Source of the DNA: a virus
IMG/VR virus record: IMGVR_UViG_3300017989_000002
Length of the DNA: 64,000 nt
Strand: one strand, 5' to 3'
The translations under genes were made by a program, and so were the position numbers. Of this stretch, positions 55,654 to 64,000 are shown in pieces (the first letter of the stretch is position 1; every line of letters begins with the position of its first letter). Under the pieces are notes generated by a model. It was not told the DNA's origin, ran no database searches, and saw only the letters and a list, made by a program, of their open reading frames with translations.

Positions 55654-57116
55654 CCGACCTGCTGCACACCCACCACGACGACGGCTTCTCCGTCCTGTCC
55701 CTCGACCACCGCATGCGCCCCGAGACCCGCGCCATGCTGGCCGCGATGAGCTCGCGCATGCCCAAGGGCGGTGTCCGCCTGCGCTACGACGAGATCCTCG
55801 AGGGGATGCTCCCCGGCCTGCACCGCGAGGCATCGGCCCGCGAGCGCGGCCGCGACGCCGCCTACTGGCGCACGAAGGCCGAGAAGGTCCTGACGGTGCA
55901 CGTCCCGCCGTACGTCCAGACCTTCATGGACAAGTTCGTGGGCAACTACGGGCACAGCTCCATCATGGAGCTCACGGGCTCGCCGACGGTGTTCGTCGAG
56001 GGCGTGTCCTGGTACACAGCCTGGCTGTCCTTCGACGGCCCGCTCGTGAAGGGCCAGGAGTTCAGCACGCGCGCCAAGGCGTACAAGGACTGGCCGATGT
56101 GCTTCGAGGCCGACGACGTGGAGCCCCTGGCGGAGCTGCACGAGCGGTGGCTCCAGGTGTTCGCGGCCGAGGTCGACTGGTGGAAGGACCACCTGACGAA
56201 CGCGAAGAACCGGGAAGCCCTGGGCATCGCGGACAAGGAGCCCTTCCGTCCGGCCTACGACCGCGCGCGCTGGGCTCTGCCTGGAACCATCGCGACGGGC
56301 TTCGCCCACGCCGCCAACGTCCGGGACATGGGCCGCGTGATCAGCAACGCCCAGGCACTCGCCTACAACTGCTGGCGGGCCTCCGAGGGCAACAGCGAGC
56401 GGCCCTACGCCGTGTGGGAGGCCATCGAGGCCGCCTACAACGACGCGCTGCCAGCGCTGCGCGGCTACAGCCTCCGGACGGCGCTGACCTCGCCCGACGA
56501 CCAGAGCGAGAACTGGCGGCGGGTCCCGGGCCACATGCTGTTCTGGGAGCAGGGCACGAACCACCGAGAGGTCCTGCGCGAGCTGCGCAAGCTCGACGCC
56601 ATGACCTACTGCGGCCTGACGACCGACGGCGAGCACGACCACCGGCTGGCCTACGTGCGTGGCGACCAGGGCGGCTACATCGACCCGAGCCACAACCGCG
56701 CGCGCGCGCGGTTCACGACGGTCTGCTCCCTGGCGGTCGCGCGCGACTGGCACCGGCACCGGACGATGATGCCCTGGAACCTGACGCCCCTCCTCGCGCC
56801 CATCTACGGCGGCACGCCGGTCGTTCACCACGACTACGAGCCGAAGTCGGCCTACGCGCAGGAGCACACCGAAGGCCTGATGAAGCGCGCGGGCGAGGTC
56901 TACCGCGAGCTCCGCAAGGCGGGCGAGCACTACCTGTCCATGCTGGCGCTGCCCCTGGGGGCGGCCAGCCTGCTGGAAGGCGAGGGAGGCCTCCGCGACA
57001 TGGTCTACATGCTGGAGCTGCGGTCCAAGGCCCACGGCACCAACTTCGAGTACCGGGCGCAGGCGCAGTCGGCGCTGGCCCAGCTCACCAACGACATCGA
57101 CCTGGAGAGCCTGTGA
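55650..57116 (+). CDS. thyX: FAD-dependent thymidylate synthase, two-domain Thy1 type
   Basis: YGHSSIME, QEFSTR, DRARWALP, RDWHRHR, Y.LELRS. Confidence 0.85.
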   Translation: MTDLLHTHHDDGFSVLSLDHRMRPETRAMLAAMSSRMPKGGVRLRYDEILEGMLPGLHREASARERGRDAAYWRTKAEKVLTVHVPPYVQTFMDKFVGNYGHSSIMELTGSPTVFVEGVSWYTAWLSFDGPLVKGQEFSTRAKAYKDWPMCFEADDVEPLAELHERWLQVFAAEVDWWKDHLTNAKNREALGIADKEPFRPAYDRARWALPGTIATGFAHAANVRDMGRVISNAQALAYNCWRASEGNSERPYAVWEAIEAAYNDALPALRGYSLRTALTSPDDQSENWRRVPGHMLFWEQGTNHREVLRELRKLDAMTYCGLTTDGEHDHRLAYVRGDQGGYIDPSHNRARARFTTVCSLAVARDWHRHRTMMPWNLTPLLAPIYGGTPVVHHDYEPKSAYAQEHTEGLMKRAGEVYRELRKAGEHYLSMLALPLGAASLLEGEGGLRDMVYMLELRSKAHGTNFEYRAQAQSALAQLTNDIDLESL

Positions 57117-57361
57117 GCGGCGAACGCCTCAACACCGTGTACCCGGTCAACACCCACGACCGGCTCCTCACCCTGGTCGCGCTCGGGCTCCTCCTGGGCG
57201 CGACCGTGGGCCCAGGAGTCTACTGCCACCGCAGCAGCGTGGCGCAGGTCGAGGCCTGCTTCGACCGCTGCGGGGGCTCTGCCTACTCCCCCAGCGGAGG
57301 ATGCGTCCGCGACCGATGCTTCTGCATCCAGGAAGCCCCCAACCCCACGGAGAACCCATGA
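57113..57361 (+). CDS. Small TM protein with Cys-rich domain
   Basis: TM then CFDRC..C..CFC. Confidence 0.5.
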   Translation: MSGERLNTVYPVNTHDRLLTLVALGLLLGATVGPGVYCHRSSVAQVEACFDRCGGSAYSPSGGCVRDRCFCIQEAPNPTENP

Positions 57362-57780
57362 CCGACGTCAAGCCCGTGATCAAGCAGTCCGAGGAGGCAC
57401 AGCGGCTCCTCCAGTTCGCCGTCGAGAACCGCCTGCCCTTCGCGATGATGCTCAACACCGAGATCCTGAACGTCATCCCGTGGGGTGGACCCATGTTCCC
57501 GTCGCGCGAGCGGAACATGGTGGTCATCGCGCTGGACGCCGGCACGTACGAGGCGCTGGATGGGCGCGGAGAGCCGCCCTCCGCCGGGCCCGAGCAGCTC
57601 CACGTCGTCCTCTCCTTCGGCGACCGGCTGCTGCGCTGCTCCATCCCCTTCATCGCGATCTACCAGATCGTCTTCGTGTTCGAGACCTCCGAGCAGGTCC
57701 TCACCCAGCCCACGCAAGGGGCTCAGGGAGGTCTGCGCCTGGTGGTGGACAACACCCTGCCGGGAGGCATCGATGCGTAG
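57358..57780 (+). CDS. sspB: SspB-like ClpXP adaptor
   Basis: LSFG....C.IPF.AI..I core and LRLVVDN ClpX-binding-like tail. Confidence 0.6.
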   Translation: MTDVKPVIKQSEEAQRLLQFAVENRLPFAMMLNTEILNVIPWGGPMFPSRERNMVVIALDAGTYEALDGRGEPPSAGPEQLHVVLSFGDRLLRCSIPFIAIYQIVFVFETSEQVLTQPTQGAQGGLRLVVDNTLPGGIDA

Positions 57781-58222
57781 CCTGATCTGCCTGCTCCTGA
57801 CCGGGTGCATCATCGACGGGGACGGCTTCCTGCGGTTCACGACCGACGGCCCGCCGCCGGGCTGCGACATCTACACCCCCGACGACTGGGTGGCGGTGGC
57901 GCGGGACCCGGACGGGAACGACGTCTGGATGTCCCTCGAGGTCCAGCAGTGGCGGTGGGAGACCGATGCGTGCGCCTGGGTCGGGGAAGCCCGCCTCGGG
58001 CTCACCCACGAGGGCGTCACCGCAGAGGCCGCCGGCACCATCTACTCGGGGCCGACGTCCGACATGGGCGAGTTCCACGGAGTGGCCAGCTATCTCGAGG
58101 TCGAGAACTGCCCGAGCTGCTACCGCGGCGACGTCTACACCGACTTCGGCACGGCCTTCGACTTCGGGCCGCGCACCGGCGGCTGGGTCGCCGTCGGTGA
58201 CCGCCTGGTTCTCGAGTGGTGA
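57773..58222 (+). CDS. Lipoprotein
   Basis: GGAGG RBS; MRSLICLLLTGC lipobox. Confidence 0.7.
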   Translation: MRSLICLLLTGCIIDGDGFLRFTTDGPPPGCDIYTPDDWVAVARDPDGNDVWMSLEVQQWRWETDACAWVGEARLGLTHEGVTAEAAGTIYSGPTSDMGEFHGVASYLEVENCPSCYRGDVYTDFGTAFDFGPRTGGWVAVGDRLVLEW

Positions 58223-58228
58223 ACGCAA

Positions 58229-58258
58229 GACGCCCGCCCCGTCGCTGGGGCGGGCGTC
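58229..58258. terminator. 12-bp hairpin between convergent blocks
   Basis: gacgcccgcccc-gtcgct-ggggcgggcgtc. Confidence 0.7.
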
Positions 58259-58282
58259 CAGGGCGTCAGCCCTTCTTCGCCG

Positions 58283-59299
58283 TCAGTCCTGGGGAGGGGG
58301 CGAGCAGGGCGTCCACGGCATCGGGTGCGGGACGTTCTCGAAGTCGAAGTCGTGCGGCACCGTGCAGCCGTTGCCCGTCGGACCGTCGGGCGCCGTCCCG
58401 CGCTCGTTCTCGAACCACAGGCTGGTCGGATCCGGCCACGGCCAGCCCTGCCCGGTGCGGTGCTCGTAGGCGTTCCGGCCCTCGCCGTGGATGGCGGGCG
58501 GGGAGCCGGAGTCGCTGCCGCCCTCGGGCGGGCCCCAGCCCCAGAACTCCCCGTCGGGGCCGCTGTCGACCACCTGCCAGGTGTACTCGGGCGGGATGGG
58601 CGCCTGCGGGTCGGTGCCCGGAGAGCCCTCGGGCCGTGGCTCGAGGGGCCAGCAGGGGTCCTCGAGGTTGCCGTTGAGCCACTCCAGGACGGTGAGGGGG
58701 TTCCCGTCCGCGCCCTCGTCGCCGGGCTCGGGGTTGGAGCAGCCCTGCTCGGAGTTCATCTCCCACACAGCCGCGCAGGCCGCGAACTTCGCGTCCTCGG
58801 GGCTGTCGCCGTCCGCGATGCGCGCCTCGTAGATGTCCACGATGAAGTTCACGTAGACGGCGTACTCGTCGGGGTTCTCGTCCTCGTCGTCGCTTCCGTC
58901 GCGGAGGTCGATGACCTGGCCGTGAGCCACGGCAGCGGCGACAGCGGCGGCGAGGGCGTCCTCCCGGCTGTCCCCCGCCTGGATGCCAGCGTTGAAGGCG
59001 TCGACGGAGATGGACGTCACCTCGCACACGTCGTCGTAGCTGAAGCCCTCGTCGCCGTGGTCCGGCTGCGGGGACCACGACCAGAAGCCGACGCCGTCTC
59101 CGTACGCCACGGTGCCCTTCCAGCACATGCCCTGCGCCGCGTCGTCGAGGGAGAATCCGTGCTGCACGGCGTTCGGTCCGTCGAGGATGACCTGCAGGTT
59201 GAGGTTGGGGTGCCCGTCTGGACCGTCGAAGACGGCTGTGACGATGGCGGGGTAGGCGACGTCGGGGGCGACGTGGAAGAGGACGGTGGTTCCGAGCAT
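58283..59299 (-). CDS. Acidic multi-domain hypothetical protein
   Basis: GGAG RBS; YPAIVTAV..NLQV N-terminal domain; Pro/Gly/Trp-rich tail. Confidence 0.6.
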   Translation of the reverse strand: MLGTTVLFHVAPDVAYPAIVTAVFDGPDGHPNLNLQVILDGPNAVQHGFSLDDAAQGMCWKGTVAYGDGVGFWSWSPQPDHGDEGFSYDDVCEVTSISVDAFNAGIQAGDSREDALAAAVAAAVAHGQVIDLRDGSDDEDENPDEYAVYVNFIVDIYEARIADGDSPEDAKFAACAAVWEMNSEQGCSNPEPGDEGADGNPLTVLEWLNGNLEDPCWPLEPRPEGSPGTDPQAPIPPEYTWQVVDSGPDGEFWGWGPPEGGSDSGSPPAIHGEGRNAYEHRTGQGWPWPDPTSLWFENERGTAPDGPTGNGCTVPHDFDFENVPHPMPWTPCSPPPQD

Positions 59300-59310
59300 G
59301 ATGTCTCCGG

Positions 59311-59763
59311 TCAGGGTGCGGGTACGACGATGACGCCACGCTCCAAGAGCGTGCGTGCAACCTCTACCATGAGGTCCCTGTTCTGGGCAGGTACATCCTC
59401 CCAAGGGACGCGACTGTCCTCCCGGGTCTCGTACCCGTGCTTCGGCGCGAGCTCCTCGTAGACCTCGTGAAACTGCTGCGCGACCTCGTGCGACCGCTCC
59501 AAGTCCTCGTCGGGCACGATGATCGAGAGGTCGGCAAGGTCCTTCACACCGAAGAAGTCGGCGAGGGCACTCACCCGCTCCTTCGGCGTGAACGGCAAGA
59601 TCCGAAGGACCTTGCCCATCACCGCGGAGCGGGGGTGGTGGCTGCTGCGGAGCCAGGTGGAGAGCGTGTTGTTTGGCACCTTGAGCTTCCGAGACAGCCC
59701 GATGGCGGTGCCGGTCGTCCTCTGGATGACAGCGCGGAGCGCCTTGGAGAAGCCGTTCTTCAT
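59311..59763 (-). CDS. XRE-type HTH protein fused to an RyR-like domain
   Basis: LSRKLKVPNNTLSTW....HP; FHEVYEE..VPWEDVP..NRDLM. Confidence 0.6.
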   Translation of the reverse strand: MKNGFSKALRAVIQRTTGTAIGLSRKLKVPNNTLSTWLRSSHHPRSAVMGKVLRILPFTPKERVSALADFFGVKDLADLSIIVPDEDLERSHEVAQQFHEVYEELAPKHGYETREDSRVPWEDVPAQNRDLMVEVARTLLERGVIVVPAP

Positions 59764-60176
59764 CGGAACACCTCGTCTTCCTCGTCGCGTTCGGAGTCGA
59801 AGTGCCGCTTGTCCCTGACCGCATCACGCAACCATCGGGCGAGCTTCTCGGACTTGTCGGGGTGGAGCACAGCGTCGACGGTGACCTTGATGCCCGCGTC
59901 GACGACGGAGACGAAGAGGTCCCCCTCTTCGCGAGGCCATCCAGCGTCGATGGACGTGGCCCACTGCGCGAAGGAGACCAGGGTGTCCCACGACACGGTC
60001 CCGTCCGCGGTGCTGTACTTGACGAACCGCTGGTCGAGCTTCAAGAACCTCTGGTGCTCGGGCGGCACTTCGCAGTCGTCGGCGGTCCCAACGAGCAGGA
60101 CGGTTCTTGTCGTCCGGTCGTTGCCTCGTCCGACGTAGCTCTGTCCGGGCACGATGTCCTTGTGCTTCACGCTCAT
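59760..60176 (-). CDS. Hypothetical protein
   Basis: Start at MSVKHKD; ATGA coupling. Confidence 0.55.
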   Translation of the reverse strand: MSVKHKDIVPGQSYVGRGNDRTTRTVLLVGTADDCEVPPEHQRFLKLDQRFVKYSTADGTVSWDTLVSFAQWATSIDAGWPREEGDLFVSVVDAGIKVTVDAVLHPDKSEKLARWLRDAVRDKRHFDSERDEEDEVFR

Positions 60177-60205
60177 TCCCCAGGGCGAAAGAAGGCCGAA
60201 CACGG

Positions 60206-60238
60206 CTGCGGCGGGGACCGTGAGGCCCCCCGCCGCAG
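60206..60238 (-). terminator. 11-bp hairpin after the 60247 stop
   Basis: ctgcggcgggg...ccccgccgcag. Confidence 0.55.
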
Positions 60239-60246
60239 GCGGTTCA

Positions 60247-60729
60247 TCAGTTGAGCGGCGTCTCCCAGTGGAACGCCTGGAAGATGAGCCGGGCCAGTCC
60301 GGGAAGGAACGGCTTGGCCACATGCTTCTGCTTGAGGTCGATCTCGGTCAGCTGCACGCCCCCGGGCCCGACGCCCTTGGGGTTGATGCGGCCGACGACG
60401 ATGGGCTTCGCATCGGGATCGAGGCCCTTCACCGTCTCGATGGACTGCGGCCAGCCCTTGGGCGGCACCAGCAGCTGCGGGATGGCCTCCCACACGTTCG
60501 ACGTGTCGGTGGGGAGCGGGTGCGCCCGGTACCCGACGTCCGCCTTGGCGATGCCGATGACGGGCCGCGACTCGTCCGTCGGGCACAGCGAGAGCTTCTC
60601 CACGCGGAGGAAGTTGCTCGTCTCCTCGACGAGCTTCCCGACGAAGGCGCTGTCGATGCGCTGGTCGTCCGGGTCCGTGGTGTAGAAGACGTAGAGGGCG
60701 TTGACCTGCAGGTCCTTGAGGCCGCTCAT
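60247..60729 (-). CDS. Hypothetical protein
   Basis: Codon usage, coupling. Confidence 0.6.
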   Translation of the reverse strand: MSGLKDLQVNALYVFYTTDPDDQRIDSAFVGKLVEETSNFLRVEKLSLCPTDESRPVIGIAKADVGYRAHPLPTDTSNVWEAIPQLLVPPKGWPQSIETVKGLDPDAKPIVVGRINPKGVGPGGVQLTEIDLKQKHVAKPFLPGLARLIFQAFHWETPLN

Positions 60730-61025
60730 GCTCGTCCCGCCCGGTAGTCCCGCGCGGGGTCCCGGCCGACGTTGCGGAGCTCCCGCTGCGCCTCCGCGAG
60801 CTGCTGGTTGGCACTGTCGATGTACGACTGGCCGGTCTCGTTCGGGACGGAGCGAAGCTGTCCGTCGACGCGCTTGAGCATCATCATGCCGCTGGTGCGC
60901 CGCACCTGGTCCAGCGTCGACTGGCGCGCGGCGAACGCGTAGCTGACATCGGCGGCGGCGTCGCGCCGGCGCTGACCTCCCAGACCGCTGGTCCCGCGGC
61001 GGGCCTTCTTCATCGAACTCATCAT
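60726..61025 (-). CDS. Basic hypothetical protein
   Basis: GGAGG RBS, coupling. Confidence 0.55.
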   Translation of the reverse strand: MMSSMKKARRGTSGLGGQRRRDAAADVSYAFAARQSTLDQVRRTSGMMMLKRVDGQLRSVPNETGQSYIDSANQQLAEAQRELRNVGRDPARDYRAGRA

Positions 61026-61279
61026 GCCTCCAGGTCTCGGGAGCAGTATCCCAAGATGTTGGAACGTGCCTCTTCCAAGGAGTCTAGCGCCTCTTGGAGT
61101 TCGGTACGCAACTTGTTGGTGGTGTCCTTCCACCCTTCCAAGAACTCGGAAGGGCTCGTGCCGGGATTCTGGACGGGGGACCGGACTTCTCGTGCGTAGG
61201 CGTGAAGGATCTCCTCCACTCGGCGCTCTTCGACACGCACCTTCTCGAAGAGCTGCAGGCGTTCCATGTTCTTGTTCAT
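61022..61279 (-). CDS. Helical hypothetical protein with atypical codon usage
   Basis: Coupled ORF; many A/T-ending codons. Confidence 0.5.
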   Translation of the reverse strand: MNKNMERLQLFEKVRVEERRVEEILHAYAREVRSPVQNPGTSPSEFLEGWKDTTNKLRTELQEALDSLEEARSNILGYCSRDLEA

Positions 61280-61557
61280 GTGACCCTCGAGTCGTTCGGG
61301 TGGGAGACACCTTGCCGGCGCAGCACTTCCCGGTTCCACAGGGTCGCCTCGGTCCACTCCTCTCCGCTCTCGTCGCGGAACCTCCACTGTCCGCGGAGGG
61401 AAGGGGACGAGGCTCCGGCGAGCAGAGGCACTGAGGGCGGGGGCGGCGCGGAGTAGTCCCAGGACACGCAGCACTCGGGAGGCGCTTCGAGGTTGATCGT
61501 TGCGACTCCGGGCAGAGCGCCTGCGCTGGTCAAGATCTTGAGGTTGTTCAGCGTCAT
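61276..61557 (-). CDS. Hypothetical protein
   Basis: GGAGG RBS, coupling. Confidence 0.5.
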   Translation of the reverse strand: MTLNNLKILTSAGALPGVATINLEAPPECCVSWDYSAPPPPSVPLLAGASSPSLRGQWRFRDESGEEWTEATLWNREVLRRQGVSHPNDSRVT

Positions 61558-61946
61558 GTGCCCAGGTCCTCCTGCACGTCCGACGCCTCCTCGGCGCGCG
61601 CGAGCGAGACCATCTCGTCGAAGACGCGGTCGCCGTAGAGGTGTCGCACGGAACGGAGGAGCGGCACCAGGCCGTGCACCTCCGTGGCGACGTTCGGGGT
61701 GGTGCCGACGCACCGACCGTCGAGGGGGAGCTGGTACTGCACGTCCTTGCCGATCTGCACGACGACTGGGCCGTCGCACCGGTACAGGCTGACGAGCAGG
61801 GACCCGTCGTCGACGCGGCGCAGGTTGATGAGGCCGCCGGCGTCTTCGTCGCCTCCCTTGCCTCGGTGGATGAACTCGACGGTCCGCTCGACGTGGGAGT
61901 GGTGGACGTCGGCGGGGCACTTCAATCGAACTGTGGGTCTGGGCAC
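61554..61946 (-). CDS. Hypothetical protein
   Basis: GGAGG RBS then GTG. Confidence 0.55.
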   Translation of the reverse strand: MPRPTVRLKCPADVHHSHVERTVEFIHRGKGGDEDAGGLINLRRVDDGSLLVSLYRCDGPVVVQIGKDVQYQLPLDGRCVGTTPNVATEVHGLVPLLRSVRHLYGDRVFDEMVSLARAEEASDVQEDLGT

Positions 61947-61979
61947 GTAGGCCTCCAGGTAGGTGTGATGGGTGTGGGG

Positions 61980-62783
61980 CTAGGCCCCGAGGAGGAAGCG
62001 GGCATCGACGAGAGCTCGCTCCGGGCGGGCGTCGAACGCGTCGCGCCACTTCTGGAAGCCGTCGGCCGTGACGGTGACCTTCTTGTTCGCGTGCACGAAG
62101 AAGATCACGGTTCCCGGCCCGTACTTCGCCACGAGCTTCAGGAGCTCGGCCACGTACCGCTTCGGCCGCCACAGCTTCGGGTCGTGGTGCACGACGGCCT
62201 CCCGCTCCGAGTCCGCGCCGTAGACGAAGGCGAGCTTGGTCTGCGCGCCGACGTTGCCGCTCCAGTAGACCTCGTGCACGGACGGCGCGTTCTCGGCCAG
62301 GAAGGCCGAGGGAGAGCGGGCTGAGCACAGGTGGTGGCGCAGGTCACAGACCAGGAAGGTGGCGTGCGGCACGTTCTTGAGCGGCCCGTAGAAGGTGCGA
62401 ATCAGGACCGGCTCCTCCCTCGCCTCGGAGAACTCTCCGATGAGGACCTCGGGCTGCGGCTCGGTGCGCGCGAGCTCGACGAGGTGCTCCTCGATCTCGC
62501 GGTCTCGACGGAGGTGACGCGCGCGGGCGTAGCGGTAGTCGCCCAGGCCGCGATGCCACTCCTTCCAGCCGTTGGGCGGGTCCTCGTAGACGAGGAACTC
62601 CGTGCCGTAGACGGTGAACTGGATGGCGATCTCCACCAGCTCCAGGTCCTTCACGGGGTAGCGCTTCACGCCGTCGCCGTTGAACTCGACGTCCGCGAGG
62701 AGGCTCTCGATGTGGGTCACGATCCCGTACCGGCCGTCGGCCTGGACGCGGTCGTGCTTGCGGATCTCGCTGCTCATGGTCAC
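61980..62783 (-). CDS. Hypothetical protein with N-terminal SH3/KOW-like beta domain
   Basis: DRVQADGRYGIVTHI..DVEF. Confidence 0.6.
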   Translation of the reverse strand: MTMSSEIRKHDRVQADGRYGIVTHIESLLADVEFNGDGVKRYPVKDLELVEIAIQFTVYGTEFLVYEDPPNGWKEWHRGLGDYRYARARHLRRDREIEEHLVELARTEPQPEVLIGEFSEAREEPVLIRTFYGPLKNVPHATFLVCDLRHHLCSARSPSAFLAENAPSVHEVYWSGNVGAQTKLAFVYGADSEREAVVHHDPKLWRPKRYVAELLKLVAKYGPGTVIFFVHANKKVTVTADGFQKWRDAFDARPERALVDARFLLGA

Positions 62784-62784
62784 C

Positions 62785-63669
62785 TCACAGGGGGTAGCGG
62801 TCGCGGTTGCGCTGCACCGCGTTCACGTAGTGGAGGACGGCCTGGTCGGGCGCCGATGCCAGGGAGTCCACCTTGATGTTGTGGATGGCGTAGATGGCGT
62901 CGTCGTCGATGTTGTGGGCGCAGGTGCCCTTGCCGGGGTGGCCCGGCGGCTCCTCGATCTCGATCGCGGCCGTGAGCCACTCCTCGTCCGCCCACGGCAT
63001 CCAGGGGCAGTGCAGGTGGAGGTGCTCGACGGTGACCTTGCCCTCGTAGGTGGTGGGCCGCGGGTCCTCCCCGTAGGAGGCCATCACGAAGGACACCGGG
63101 TAGTCGGTGACCGTGGTCGCGAGGCGCTGCTGCGTCACGGGTCCGAACGTCTTGGACAGCAGGGAGCCGCAGGCCTCGGCCCACCACGGGTCGGTCTCGT
63201 AGTTCGACTCGTCCGGGTCGGTGAGCATGCGCCAGGACCACCACAGGTCGAAGTACAGACCGTCGGTCACGTACTGCTCGTTCTGGATGCTGAAGGCGAG
63301 GACGGTGAACGAGCTGTACTTGGTGCGGGTGAAGCCCTTGTCGTGCGCCCACTGGAGCACGGAGTAGACGCCGCGCCACTCCATCCCGCCGTACAGGGCC
63401 AGGAAGGGGAAGGTGAGGCTCCAGGACAGGCCGCCGTCGTCGTCGAAGCCCAGGCTGATGCCCGCCTGGCACCACTGCTTCTTCGCGCACCAGGAGAAGC
63501 GGAACGTGCGGTCCCCGCTCGTGTGCAGGAAGAACCGGTAGTACCAGGGGAAGTGGAACTCGTCCTTGGGCTTGTTGCGCGCGCTCTCGTTGATGCCGTG
63601 CCAGTGGATGCCCTTGGCCTCGAGCCAGTGACGGAAGGAGCGCCAGGGGCGCGGGAAGGTGATCTGCAT
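62785..63669 (-). CDS. Trp-rich hypothetical protein
   Basis: GAGG RBS, codon usage. Confidence 0.65.
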   Translation of the reverse strand: MQITFPRPWRSFRHWLEAKGIHWHGINESARNKPKDEFHFPWYYRFFLHTSGDRTFRFSWCAKKQWCQAGISLGFDDDGGLSWSLTFPFLALYGGMEWRGVYSVLQWAHDKGFTRTKYSSFTVLAFSIQNEQYVTDGLYFDLWWSWRMLTDPDESNYETDPWWAEACGSLLSKTFGPVTQQRLATTVTDYPVSFVMASYGEDPRPTTYEGKVTVEHLHLHCPWMPWADEEWLTAAIEIEEPPGHPGKGTCAHNIDDDAIYAIHNIKVDSLASAPDQAVLHYVNAVQRNRDRYPL

Positions 63670-63676
63670 GAGGACC

Positions 63677-63958
63677 TCAGTGGTAGATGTCGCCGACGGC
63701 CTGGTCGACGCGGAGGAGGTTGGAGAGGTTGCCCATCGAGGGGACAGGCTCGTCGACGAGCTCGCCCTTCACCTGGACCTCGGACATGTCGGACTCGCTG
63801 CTCCGAACGGACAGGTAGGTGGCGTCGCCGTCGCCCGTGAGGAGGACGCCCATGAGGGCATCGACCGGGTCGCCGGCGGCGTCGCCGAACGTGATGCCCT
63901 CGTCCGTGGGGATGACGGGACGGAGCTCCATGGTCACCTCGAGCACGAGGAACGCCAC
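63677..63958 (-). CDS. Acidic hypothetical protein
   Basis: ORF near the window edge; start uncertain. Confidence 0.5.
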   Translation of the reverse strand: MAFLVLEVTMELRPVIPTDEGITFGDAAGDPVDALMGVLLTGDGDATYLSVRSSESDMSEVQVKGELVDEPVPSMGNLSNLLRVDQAVGDIYH

Positions 63959-64000
63959 GGTGGCCTTGTGGGCCTTCGCCAGCGCCTTGACCGCGCTGGG

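Noticed and set aside
1-64000. Stop-codon reassignment
   Set aside because: Genes tile densely under code 11, and both TGA and TAG end coupled genes.

Overview
This 64-kb window is a densely coding, high-GC (about two-thirds or more, judged by eye) segment of a large contractile-tailed (myovirus, probably jumbo-type) bacteriophage. It uses the standard genetic code. The host is probably a Gram-negative Myxococcota/Deltaproteobacterium; this is inferred from two lipoproteins (one with DTG-rich linkers) and an SspB-like gene. Layout: (i) 0-4.1 kb, + strand, recombination module with a Cas4-like nuclease, a UvsY-like protein and a RusA-like resolvase; (ii) 4.1-44 kb, mostly - strand, virion morphogenesis with fibres, baseplate wedge/J/gp25-like proteins, hub, tube initiator and tape measure. 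Embedded in it is a cluster of Ala/Gly/Lys-rich proteins, an HExxH peptidase and an SNF2-like helicase that share an 'hydrophobic-x-K-x-A' tag, next to a phage sigma-70 gene; (iii) 44-58 kb, mostly + strand, early/middle genes (DUF932-like, Dda-like helicase, two-domain ThyX, SspB-like, membrane PAS protein) interrupted by - strand lysis genes; (iv) 58-64 kb, - strand small hypotheticals. No capsid, terminase, portal, sheath, tRNA, rRNA, CRISPR array or integrase was recognised. Best leads: the shared KxA tag (a candidate head-packaging/cleavage signal for injected enzymes), two recurring intergenic promoter-like motifs (GTCGCATAAG; RYGNTAGNNT), and an ORF-less structured RNA candidate at 24.63-24.75 kb behind one GTCGCATAAG. 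All product calls come from motif recognition by eye; no database searches were run.
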